NCBI GenBank assembly: GCA_026387835.1
Contig: JAPLKZ010000007.1
Span: 5,284 to 37,283 of the forward strand
Source: Candidatus Saganbacteria bacterium
GTDB lineage: Bacteria > Margulisbacteria > WOR-1 > JAKLHX01
Direction of reading: 5' to 3'
DNA length: 32,000 nucleotides
Shown here: positions 1-7,986 of the stretch, one piece after another
Layout of the letters: the number at the start of each line of letters is the position of its first letter
How positions within the stretch are numbered: position 1 is the stretch's first letter
Notes under the pieces: model-generated
Seen by the model: only the letters and a program-made list of their open reading frames with translations
Told to the model about the DNA's origin: nothing
Database searches by the model: none
Made by a program: the position numbers and the translations under genes

Positions 1-60
1 GCGAACCAACAAAAAATAATGAATATTTAGAGCTAAATCCGCATTAATCAATGAATATTG

Positions 61-747
61 TTAAATACCAAAATACCAATCCCTATGATGGAAATTATAT
101 AAGTCTGCCCAAAGCGAATGTATCGGGCTCTGCCAGGTCTCTATTGCATTCCTGCCATCACAACCTCCAAAACTTGCATACCCCTGTTTAAAACCCAAAA
201 ACACTTTCGCGCCATCATGAATGCCATTGGGTCTATCAGCGCCTGCCAAAAACTTAGATTCAATATTTATAAAGCTATCAAGACCGCAAATATCTGGTTG
301 AAATATGCTTGCAATCGGCGGAATGTTAAAATCATCTTGATGCTGTAATATATGCACAAATCCCGGCATTAAAATCTTTCGAGCCTCGTCAATTGCATCT
401 TTTCCTTTCTCTCTCGATACTACAAAGGCGGTCATAAATCTGGCAAAGGTTTCAGCATCTTCCGCTGTTACATAAACTCGGGGTAGCCCAACTTTGAAAG
501 GTCCGGCTACTTTATCTCCTCGGACAAAGAATTCATCCAGTCTGCAAATCAACACACCTTTTTCCACATAAGCCCCCCTAACTCCCTGCACGGCTATTTG
601 GGTTGATGTTAAAAGTGGTCTTGCATTGGGTAGATCACCTCTTCTGAATTGAGTGTTGAGCATCATTGCCCTTGCGATCCTTTCATTGGCGACATCATAC
701 GGAATGACATTTTGCGTTACTGGTCGCGTTCCTGTTGCCTTAAGCAT
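61..747 (-). CDS. hypothetical protein, 228 aa, no family recognised
   Basis: Complete ORF. AGGAGG (complement of 754-759) lies 6 nt upstream of the ATG at 747. The region is visibly more AT-rich than the core of the window. I could not place the sequence in a family by eye. Confidence 0.6.
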   Translation of the reverse strand: MLKATGTRPVTQNVIPYDVANERIARAMMLNTQFRRGDLPNARPLLTSTQIAVQGVRGAYVEKGVLICRLDEFFVRGDKVAGPFKVGLPRVYVTAEDAETFARFMTAFVVSREKGKDAIDEARKILMPGFVHILQHQDDFNIPPIASIFQPDICGLDSFINIESKFLAGADRPNGIHDGAKVFLGFKQGYASFGGCDGRNAIETWQSPIHSLWADLYNFHHRDWYFGI

Positions 748-918
748 TTCACACCTCCTTTTGCTGAATTATTTTCTACATAGAACATAGGCTCGTTCTT
801 CGGCTTTGCTCGAAACCTGCGCTTTCAAGGAAATCCTCCCAAAATCCCCTCTGTATATCTATCGTAAGAAAAAACAGTGAATTTCACTTTTTTTAGTTTC
901 CCCCTTGCGTACTTTTTC

Positions 919-947
919 TTGCAGCCACTGTTAGAATTAGGTATAAT
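919..947 (+). promoter_or_regulatory. sigma70-like promoter TTGCAG-17 nt-TATAAT
   Basis: TTGCAG at 919-924, a 17-nt spacer, and TATAAT at 942-947. The ATG of the kinase gene is only 11 nt downstream, with no SD in between. Confidence 0.5.
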
Positions 948-958
948 CAATTAAAATC

Positions 959-2149
959 ATGAAAAATAAAAAAGCAGTCGGCAAACAAACAATGTCAGAA
1001 GATAAAAAACCCTCTCAAGATATGTCGGATGCTGTCCGACAGAGCGAAAGAAAATATCAGGAACTTGTAGAGTATGCCAACAGCAACATCCTGAGGATGG
1101 ACCCTGAAGGTAAGGTCACCTTTTTCAACGAATTCGCGCAGAGGTTCTTCGGATTTTCAGAGAGCGAGATGCTGGGGCGGAGCGTCATAGGCACGATAGT
1201 TCCCGTCACGGATGACGCAGGACACGACCTGAAAAAAATGATCGAAGATATCATGGTAAACCCGCAGAATTATATCAACAATGAAAACGAGAACATGCTG
1301 CGTGACGGCAGGCGCGTATGGATAGCATGGACCAACAGGCCCGTTTATGATGAAGGACATCGTCTGAAAGAGATACTCTGCGTCGGCAACGATATCAGCG
1401 AGATAAAAAAAGCGCAGGAGCAGCTCAAAGCGATCGATAAACGGAAGTCGGATTTTGTGGCCAATGTCTCTCATGAGGTCAAAAGCCCGCTGGCGGTGAT
1501 ATGGCAGACACTGGACGTGCTTTCCAAGGGCATCACCGGTGATGTGAACGAGAAGCAAAAAGAGATACTGGAAACGGCAAAGAAGAACGTAATGCGGCTT
1601 GTAAGGCTCGTGACCGATCTTCTGGACATCTCAAAGATAGAAGCCGGGAAAATGGAGTTAAAAATAGAAGAGTTTGACATGTCCTCGCTGACGGAAGAAG
1701 TGCTCACAAACGATGAAAGTGAATTTTCAAGAAAAAAGATAGATCTTAAAAAAGACATCCCTCCGACTGCCGGGCAAGTAATGGCGGACAAAGATAAAAT
1801 TACCGAAGTGATACTCAACCTTTTAAGCAACGCGATCAAATATACCCCTCAGGGCGGAGTTATATCCGTAAAACTGTCGCAGGCCGATAAGGAAGTGCGA
1901 TTTGAGATATCTGATACAGGACCGGAGATCTCCAAAGAAAATATTGATAAGATATTCGATAAATTCGAACGCGTAATCGTCGAAAGGGAGGAAGGCACCG
2001 GGCTGGGGCTTGCCATAGCAAAAGATATCGTGCAGCTTCACGGCGGAAAACTTTGGGTCGAAAGCCCCTCGACTATGCTCGGGACAGGCGAGATCGGGAA
2101 AGGCAGCAGATTTATTTTTACTCTGCCCCGTAATACAGGCAAACAATAG
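959..2149 (+). CDS. soluble PAS-domain sensor histidine kinase
   Basis: N-terminal PAS-like region (YANSNILRMDPEGKVTFFNEFAQRFFGF). H-box SDFVANVSHEVKSPL, N-box LLSNAIKYTPQGG, G-boxes DTGPEI and GTGLGLAIAKDIVQLHGG. No hydrophobic transmembrane segment is visible. Confidence 0.9.
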   Translation: MKNKKAVGKQTMSEDKKPSQDMSDAVRQSERKYQELVEYANSNILRMDPEGKVTFFNEFAQRFFGFSESEMLGRSVIGTIVPVTDDAGHDLKKMIEDIMVNPQNYINNENENMLRDGRRVWIAWTNRPVYDEGHRLKEILCVGNDISEIKKAQEQLKAIDKRKSDFVANVSHEVKSPLAVIWQTLDVLSKGITGDVNEKQKEILETAKKNVMRLVRLVTDLLDISKIEAGKMELKIEEFDMSSLTEEVLTNDESEFSRKKIDLKKDIPPTAGQVMADKDKITEVILNLLSNAIKYTPQGGVISVKLSQADKEVRFEISDTGPEISKENIDKIFDKFERVIVEREEGTGLGLAIAKDIVQLHGGKLWVESPSTMLGTGEIGKGSRFIFTLPRNTGKQ

Positions 2150-2237
2150 CGCGGCATCTCGACTCGCGTCTCGAAATTGTAAATCCACTGAAATTTCTAA
2201 AATATCCATCCGATAATCGTATCGGGAACAAAAATAT

Positions 2238-3788
2238 ATGATCATAGACCGTCCGTTAAAAATACTTGCGATTTCCCCCGAGGGCAGGCTCATGCGCTCC
2301 GGAGGTTTGGGGCAGGCCGCCGGCAGCCTTGCAGTAACGATGTTCAAAATGGGACATGATGTGCGCCTGGCAGTACCAAAATATGTAAGACATGCGGAAA
2401 AGCTGAAACCGAGAGAAAGGCCGGACTTTGACGTTGACGTTTTGGTAAGAGGAATTCATACGCCGGCTTCCATTTTCCGTAAACCTTCGGATGTTGACGG
2501 GATGCCGGAGTATCTTGTTGACAATCCGAAATATTTTAACAGGTTCGGCATGTATGAAGATAAGCACAAGCATCCTTTCGATGATAACGGTGAGCGCTTC
2601 GCATATTTTTCCCTGGCAGCCCTTAGCATACCTGACAAACTCCGTGACGAAGAAGGCGGCCCGTGGAAGCCGGATATCATCCACTGCCATGACTGGCAGA
2701 CGGGAATGGTGCCGGTATTCTTTGACCAGTTCTTTAAGGGAAGGAAGGGAAAATATGCCGGCGCCAAAACAGTTCAGACCGTGCACAACGCCAGTTTTTT
2801 GGGCCCGGATAATGAGGCTATGGGGCCGGCATTCCTTGATATTTTCGGTCTGAACAGGGAACTCTTTAATAGCAGGTCACTGGAATATTTTAACAAAGTG
2901 AGAATGCTTATTGCCGGCCTGAGATGGGCGAATGCGGCAACAACAGTAAGCCAGAATTATGCGGCCGAGGTGATGAATGATTTTCCGGATCCGTCCACTC
3001 CGAACAGGCAGGATCTTCAGTGTGTCTTTAAAGACGTTGCCGCAAGAAAGCCGTTTTTGGGGATATTGAACGGCTATGATTACGAAGGAAATACATTGCT
3101 TTTGGACAAGCGGCTAAGACCAATTATCGGCAGGACCGGAAATATATTTGAGGCAAAAAGAGCGATCAAAAGGGCTGCCCAGGAGCGGTTTGGTTTGGAT
3201 ATTGAACCGGAAACACCGCTTATCGGCGTCCTGACAAGGCTGGATCCCGTGCAAAAAGGGTGTGATATTATGCTTGATGCAATACCGGGATTGCTCGGCA
3301 AGGCGCAATTCGTTGTTTGCGGCACGGGAGACAGTGCGCTCGAAACGCGGTTCTGGCGGCTGCACGCGGACCATCCGAAAAGGATCCGGATGACAGATCG
3401 CGGTAATACTTTTAATCATGAAGTCACTGAACTGATAACGTCCGGCTGTGATCTTTTTTGGATCCCGTCCAGGTTTGAACCGTGCGGATTGGTCCAGTTC
3501 GAGGCAATGGCTTACGCAACACTGGTGATCGCCAGATCGACCGGGGGGCTTAAGGACACGGTCTTTGATATCGGTGAAAATTTAAGCCGGGGTAACGGCT
3601 TCACTTTCAGGGATTATTCAAGCGGCGCCGTGTCCTTGGCGACACTGAGAGCCATAGATGTTTATCACAATGCCAAAGATCTCTGGCATCTGATGATGGA
3701 AAGAGCTTACAGGGCAAGGTATACCTGGCAGGAATCAGCCGAGCAGTATCTGAAAATGTTTTATTCGCAGCTTGGCATGATGAACTGA
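2238..3788 (+). CDS. glgA: glycogen/starch synthase, GT5 family
   Basis: N-terminal KILAISPE..RSGGLGQAAGSL (a KxGGL-type motif), HCHDWQTGMVP, and C-terminal PSRFEPCGLVQFEAMAYATLVIARSTGGLKDTV. Confidence 0.88.
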   Translation: MIIDRPLKILAISPEGRLMRSGGLGQAAGSLAVTMFKMGHDVRLAVPKYVRHAEKLKPRERPDFDVDVLVRGIHTPASIFRKPSDVDGMPEYLVDNPKYFNRFGMYEDKHKHPFDDNGERFAYFSLAALSIPDKLRDEEGGPWKPDIIHCHDWQTGMVPVFFDQFFKGRKGKYAGAKTVQTVHNASFLGPDNEAMGPAFLDIFGLNRELFNSRSLEYFNKVRMLIAGLRWANAATTVSQNYAAEVMNDFPDPSTPNRQDLQCVFKDVAARKPFLGILNGYDYEGNTLLLDKRLRPIIGRTGNIFEAKRAIKRAAQERFGLDIEPETPLIGVLTRLDPVQKGCDIMLDAIPGLLGKAQFVVCGTGDSALETRFWRLHADHPKRIRMTDRGNTFNHEVTELITSGCDLFWIPSRFEPCGLVQFEAMAYATLVIARSTGGLKDTVFDIGENLSRGNGFTFRDYSSGAVSLATLRAIDVYHNAKDLWHLMMERAYRARYTWQESAEQYLKMFYSQLGMMN

Positions 3789-3809
3789 CGCTGTCCAATA
3801 TTCAAATAT

Positions 3810-3838
3810 TTGACCATCCGGTTATTTCTTTGTAGAAT
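3810..3838 (+). promoter_or_regulatory. sigma70-like promoter TTGACC-17 nt-TAGAAT upstream of the tRNA-Leu locus
   Basis: TTGACC at 3810-3815, a 17-nt spacer, and TAGAAT at 3833-3838. The predicted start near 3845 would put the tRNA-like fragment and the tRNA on one transcript. Confidence 0.5.
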
Positions 3839-3853
3839 TGATTACAATATAAT

Positions 3854-3927
3854 GCCGTTGTGGCGGAATTGGCCCGCCCGCAACGCTTCGCTAACGCTTG
3901 CGTAGCGATGCGGGCGGGCATACGCGC
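3854..3927 (+). pseudogene. tRNA-Leu 5'-end copy (28 nt) interrupted by a 46-nt GC-rich hairpin
   Basis: 3854-3873 GCCGTTGTGGCGGAATTGGC matches tRNA positions 3955-3974 at 18/20. 3920-3927 ATACGCGC equals 3975-3982. Between them is an insert whose 11-bp perfect stem pairs 3872-3882 with 3909-3919. No anticodon or T arm follows. Confidence 0.55.
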
Positions 3928-3954
3928 TATAATAATATGAATAAGTGTTTGTCT

Positions 3955-4037
3955 GCCGGAGTGGCGGAATTGGCATACGCGCATGACTTAGGATCATGTG
4001 CCCAAAAGGCTTGGAGGTTCAAATCCTCTCTCCGGCA
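3955..4037 (+). tRNA. tRNA-Leu, anticodon TAG, class II with long variable arm
   Basis: Hand-folded. Acceptor GCCGGAG/CTCCGGC, anticodon stem CATGA/TCATG with loop CTTAGGA, variable arm TGCCCAAAAGGCTT, T arm GGAGG-TTCAAAT-CCTCT, discriminator A. CCA is not encoded. Confidence 0.9.
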
Positions 4038-4051
4038 ATAAAGGAGGATCG

Positions 4052-4822
4052 ATGATGAAAAATAAGGTTTTGTTGATCTTTACCCTGATGATAATGTTTG
4101 CCGCGAGCGCCCTTGCCGATCATTTTAGTATCAGCTATGTTCCCGACGGGATAACAGTAAAAACTTCCGCAAAAGACAAGTCGTCGGGTAAAGCACTTTG
4201 GCAGAACACCATACAATATCAAAAAGTAAATTATAAGGGAAAGAACATGTTCTACACGCAGGAGCAGGGAAGCGGGATATACGGTCCGGACAAGACCTAC
4301 AAGAGCTGGGTGACGAGATCTTATTCGTTCCTCCAGGGGAACAGGCTTATCCCTTCCGAAGTCCAGATATTGATGAAGGACAAGAACGGGAAAGCGGTCA
4401 GGAAGATCGAAAAATATTATAACGCACAAACTGAAAGGGTCATATGTGTCGTCAACAGTAATACAAAGACATTTAATTTTAAGGACGGGATGCTGGACAA
4501 AGAAATGATGTCCGCCTGCCTTATGAATTTCCCGTTCGGCCAAAAAGACAGCATGCAGTATTATCTGCTGACGCCGGAACCCGCTGTTTATAATATGACA
4601 GTCTATTATCGAGGCAAAGAAACCCTGTCAAAAGACGGGGGTCAGATAGAATGCTATAAATTAGAAATAGTGCCGGACCTCGGCGCAATAAATATCTTTG
4701 GAGCATTCATCCCCAAGATGTATTTCTGGTATGAAACAAATGCCCCTCATGATTTTGTAAGATACGAAGGGCTTGAAAGCGGACTGGGCACCCCTTATAT
4801 CGTCATCGACAGAGAAAAATAA
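4052..4822 (+). CDS. secreted hypothetical protein (possibly DUF3108-like, uncertain)
   Basis: I moved the start to the ATG at 4052, because the longer ORF from 3998 overlaps the tRNA. AAGGAGG at 4041-4047. Signal peptide MMKNKVLLIFTLMIMFAASALA. The beta-rich Tyr/Lys-rich sequence is only weakly reminiscent of DUF3108. Confidence 0.7.
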   Translation: MMKNKVLLIFTLMIMFAASALADHFSISYVPDGITVKTSAKDKSSGKALWQNTIQYQKVNYKGKNMFYTQEQGSGIYGPDKTYKSWVTRSYSFLQGNRLIPSEVQILMKDKNGKAVRKIEKYYNAQTERVICVVNSNTKTFNFKDGMLDKEMMSACLMNFPFGQKDSMQYYLLTPEPAVYNMTVYYRGKETLSKDGGQIECYKLEIVPDLGAINIFGAFIPKMYFWYETNAPHDFVRYEGLESGLGTPYIVIDREK

Positions 4823-4840
4823 TAATATTTGTTTGAATAA

Positions 4841-4875
4841 AAAAAGCCCCGCTCCGAGCGGGGCTTTAATATTTT
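4841..4875. terminator. bidirectional rho-independent terminator
   Basis: Stem GCCCCGC (4846-4852) / GCGGGGC (4858-4864) with loop TCCGA. It is flanked by an A-run on the left and TTTAATATTTT on the right, and lies between convergent genes. Confidence 0.8.
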
Positions 4876-4889
4876 AAGGACCTGAAAGT

Positions 4890-5762
4890 CTATATACCCT
4901 CGCCGTACCTTGTCATCCAGCAGGCTCCGACAGCTATTATTGCGACTATCGCGCTGACGATCTGCCCGAGCACCGGAACGAGCCCGATAAGAGCAAGCAG
5001 GACGATGCCCCAGATAATCTCGGTGACCATGGGCTGGTTGTAGCGTTTAAAGCTGCTGAGGAGTTTTTTCCCGATGATCTGCGACGCCGCGATATAGCCG
5101 AGCACGAGGGCCAGGCCGTAAGCGACGATCTCGACTATGATCAGCGGGATCCCCATGATGCTGACGACAAGCAGAGCGCAGATAGGTATGATCAGGATTA
5201 TCCATAGAAGGCCCCAGAGGAAAGATTTAATAGGATGTCTTTCCACGGCGACCGAGACCCATCCGACCCTTCTCGGGAACAGAAGGCCTGCCGCGATGCC
5301 GAGAGCGAGCACGCCCAGGAACGAAAGGAGCGCCGCGAACACCGTGGCCATATAGACTACCGAAGGCGCGTATTGCGTACCCAGGGCTGAGACACATGTA
5401 AATGATTGTGGCATTGTTACCTCCGTAATTTCTCCGGCGACTTTAGCGCCGGGAGCTTTTTTGACTACCCCTCCTACAGCGGCCACTTTTCCGTTGACCC
5501 TTGCGGACGGCCTTAATATTACACTTCCTCCGACCGCTACCACGTCGCCTGTCACTTCTCCCGCGACAGCGACCGATCCCCCGACCGCGACCACCGATTT
5601 GACCGTCATACCGGCCGGGACAGCGGCATTTGAACCGATCTTTATAATATCAGCGAGCACAGGTCTGTCGGAGGCAAGACTTTTACTGGATGCGGCAAAG
5701 GCGGGTAGAGCAGAGACGATCACCAAAATAAGCGAAAATGCTAAAACTCTTCTGAGATTCAT
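4890..5762 (-). CDS. membrane protein with signal peptide, bactofilin-like beta-helix repeat domain and C-terminal polytopic TM domain
   Basis: AGGAGG (complement of 5768-5773) lies 5 nt upstream of the start. Signal peptide MNLRRVLAFSLILVIVSALPAFA. Val/Gly repeats (VVAVGGSVAVAGEVTGDVVAVGGSVIL..NGKVAAVGGVV). At least four hydrophobic helices in the C-terminal half. Confidence 0.75.
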   Translation of the reverse strand: MNLRRVLAFSLILVIVSALPAFAASSKSLASDRPVLADIIKIGSNAAVPAGMTVKSVVAVGGSVAVAGEVTGDVVAVGGSVILRPSARVNGKVAAVGGVVKKAPGAKVAGEITEVTMPQSFTCVSALGTQYAPSVVYMATVFAALLSFLGVLALGIAAGLLFPRRVGWVSVAVERHPIKSFLWGLLWIILIIPICALLVVSIMGIPLIIVEIVAYGLALVLGYIAASQIIGKKLLSSFKRYNQPMVTEIIWGIVLLALIGLVPVLGQIVSAIVAIIAVGACWMTRYGEGI

Positions 5763-5797
5763 GCGATCCTCCTTTCCGAGTTATGTTTGCGGAAATA

Positions 5798-5849
5798 ATT
5801 GTACAATACGGCAGCGTTATTTGCAAGGTCGGTTTTGTTGTGGTAAAAT
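5798..5849. promoter_or_regulatory. back-to-back divergent promoters sharing one palindromic -35 hexamer
   Basis: TTGCAA at 5821-5826 is its own reverse complement. On the + strand, a 17-nt spacer leads to TGgTAAAAT (5841-5849). On the - strand, a 17-nt spacer leads to TACAAT (complement of 5798-5803). Confidence 0.5.
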
Positions 5850-5898
5850 TTCTCAAAATATCGCTGAAACACGGAAAAGGCATCCACAGGAGAAAAAA

Positions 5899-7980
5899 AT
5901 GAAGCAATACACCGCAGAAAAGATCAAGAACATCGTCATGCTCGGCCACGCGGGCAGCGGGAAGACTTCGACGGCGGAAGCGATGCTTTTTGATTCGGGG
6001 GCGACACAAAGGATGGGAAGCGTGGTGGAAGGGAACACTGTCACGGACTTTGACGCCGAAGAAATAAAAAGAAAGAACAGTGTCAGGCTGAGCCTCGCGC
6101 CGTTTGAATATAAGGATTATAAGGTCAATCTCATAGACGTTCCCGGATTTGCGGATTTTGTCGGAGAAGCGATATCGGGGATATCCGCCGCCGACTCCGC
6201 GATATTTGTCGCCTGCGCCGTCACGGGCCTTGGAGTCGGCGCTCACGAATTCTGGAGGCTCGCGGACGAAAAAAATCTGCCGAGGATCATTTTCATCAAC
6301 AAGATGGATAAGGAAAGGGCGGACTATTATACGACGCTTGATGTATTGCGGGAATCTTTCGGCAAAGACGTGGTCCCTGTCTATATACCTATAGGAAAAG
6401 AAGCTTCGTTTTCAGGGGTCGTCGATGTCCTGAACAAAAAAGCGTATAAGTTCGAGAACGGAAAATCCTCGGAGATACCCATCCCTGAAGACATGAACGG
6501 CCCGGTCGAAAAATACCGCGACATGCTCATCGAAGAGGTAGTGGAGATCGACGAGGCCCTGCTTGAAAAATTCATGAACAACGAGGAGATAAGCGACGCG
6601 CAGATAGCCGAGGCTTTTCAGAAAAGCGTGGACCACAAGCAGATCTATCCCGTTCTTTGCGGGAGCGCCGCGAAGAACATCGGAATAAACCTGCTTGCCG
6701 AAGCCGCGGAGCACTGGCTGCCGGGAGCGGACGAAATAAAGCTGCAGGGACTTGACGGCAGCGAAAGAAAACCGGCAAAGGACGAAGCTTTTTCGGGATA
6801 TATCTTTTCCACGATGATCGAGCCCCATGTCGGAGAGTTGTCTTTTGTCCGGGTGTTGTCCGGGGCGCTCAATCACTCAAGCTCGGTATACAATTCCTCG
6901 AAGAACACGTCCGAGAGGGTGGGGCAGCTGTTTTTTTTAAGAGGGAAGAACAGGGAAGAGACCCAGTCCGCGACGGCCGGGGACATCGTGGCGCTGCCGA
7001 AATTAAAAAGCACCGCCACGGGCGATACGCTTTGCGACCAGAACAGGCAGATCGTCTACAGGCCGGCCGCGTATCCAGAACCGATATTATCGATCGCGGT
7101 CAAACCAAAGTCCAAGGCCGACCAGGAAAAAATGGGCACGGCCCTGAATTCGCTGACGCATGAGGACCCTACTTTCAAAGTTTCGCATAACATCGAGACC
7201 AAAGAGACGATAATTTCCGGAATGGGCGATGTCCATCTTGAGGTGATGCTTGAACGTGTCAAAAAGAGGTTCGGCGTGGAGATCGAAGCAGGCGCACCGA
7301 GGATCCCTTACAGAGAAACGATCAGGGGAAAGGCGAAAGGCCAGGGAAAATACAAGAAACAATCGGGCGGCCGCGGGCAGTACGGCGACTGCTGGCTCGA
7401 TATAGAGCCTCTGCCGAGAGGGAGGGGTTTTGTTTTTGTCGACAAGATCGTGGGGGGAGCCATCCCGAAAAACTATATCCCGTCCATCGAAAAAGGAATA
7501 AAGGAAACGATGATAACCGGAGTGATCGCCGGCTATCAGGTGATGGACGTCAAAATAACGCTGTGCGACGGTTCTTATCACGAGGTGGATTCATCGGACA
7601 TGGCCTTCAAGATAGCGGGTTCCATGGGATTCAAAAAGACCTTCAACGACGCGATACCGATAATACTTGAGCCGATAATGAACCTGGAGATAAACGTGCC
7701 TGACGACTGCGTCGGCGATATTGTCTCCGACATAAATAAAAGAAGAGGAAAGATACTCGGAATGGACCAGGCGGCGTCAAAGCACACGATAGTAAAGACC
7801 ACCGTGCCGTTCGCGGAGGCCTCAAAATACGCGTCAGACCTGCGGTCGATAAGCCGCGGGAGGGGATATTTTTCATCAAAATTCTCCCACTACGAAGAGG
7901 CGCCCGCAAAGACCCAGCAGGAACTCAGGACAAAATACGAGCAGCTGAAAGCGGCGGGGGAACTGAGAGAGATGGCGTAA
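5899..7980 (+). CDS. elongation factor G paralog (EF-G-2-like translational GTPase)
   Basis: I moved the start to the ATG at 5899, which has AGGAG 7 nt upstream. The upstream part of the 839-aa ORF is antisense to the neighbouring gene. G1 GHAGSGKT, G3 DVPGFADF, G4 NKMD, domain IV DGSYHEVDSSDMAFKIAG. It is not in an rpsL-rpsG-fusA-tuf context. Confidence 0.88.
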   Translation: MKQYTAEKIKNIVMLGHAGSGKTSTAEAMLFDSGATQRMGSVVEGNTVTDFDAEEIKRKNSVRLSLAPFEYKDYKVNLIDVPGFADFVGEAISGISAADSAIFVACAVTGLGVGAHEFWRLADEKNLPRIIFINKMDKERADYYTTLDVLRESFGKDVVPVYIPIGKEASFSGVVDVLNKKAYKFENGKSSEIPIPEDMNGPVEKYRDMLIEEVVEIDEALLEKFMNNEEISDAQIAEAFQKSVDHKQIYPVLCGSAAKNIGINLLAEAAEHWLPGADEIKLQGLDGSERKPAKDEAFSGYIFSTMIEPHVGELSFVRVLSGALNHSSSVYNSSKNTSERVGQLFFLRGKNREETQSATAGDIVALPKLKSTATGDTLCDQNRQIVYRPAAYPEPILSIAVKPKSKADQEKMGTALNSLTHEDPTFKVSHNIETKETIISGMGDVHLEVMLERVKKRFGVEIEAGAPRIPYRETIRGKAKGQGKYKKQSGGRGQYGDCWLDIEPLPRGRGFVFVDKIVGGAIPKNYIPSIEKGIKETMITGVIAGYQVMDVKITLCDGSYHEVDSSDMAFKIAGSMGFKKTFNDAIPIILEPIMNLEINVPDDCVGDIVSDINKRRGKILGMDQAASKHTIVKTTVPFAEASKYASDLRSISRGRGYFSSKFSHYEEAPAKTQQELRTKYEQLKAAGELREMA

Positions 7981-7986
7981 GAAAAG

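Noticed and set aside
868-895. An A-run / AGTGA-ATT-TCACT / T-run hairpin, considered as a terminator.
   Set aside because: The stem is short and AT-rich, and it lies between divergently transcribed genes where no terminator is expected. It is possibly an UP-element-like AT tract.
3802-4051. A 60-aa minus-strand ORF (3802-3984) and the first 18 codons of the plus-strand ORF from 3998.
   Set aside because: Both overlap the tRNA-Leu gene and its upstream fragment. Neither has an RBS. The downstream protein has a proper AAGGAGG and signal peptide starting at 4052.
3789-4051. The tRNA locus, considered as an integration hotspot with a genomic island.
   Set aside because: No integrase, no direct repeat of the tRNA 3' end, and no compositional island flank the tRNA. 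The duplicated piece is the 5' end and lies only 101 nt away.
5461-5898. The N-terminal 146 codons of the 839-aa ORF that would extend the EF-G paralog.
   Set aside because: This stretch is antisense to the Val/Gly/Ala-rich membrane protein gene, and its Thr/Pro/Ala-rich translation is a mirror artefact. The ATG at 5899 has an AGGAG site and starts the conserved G domain.
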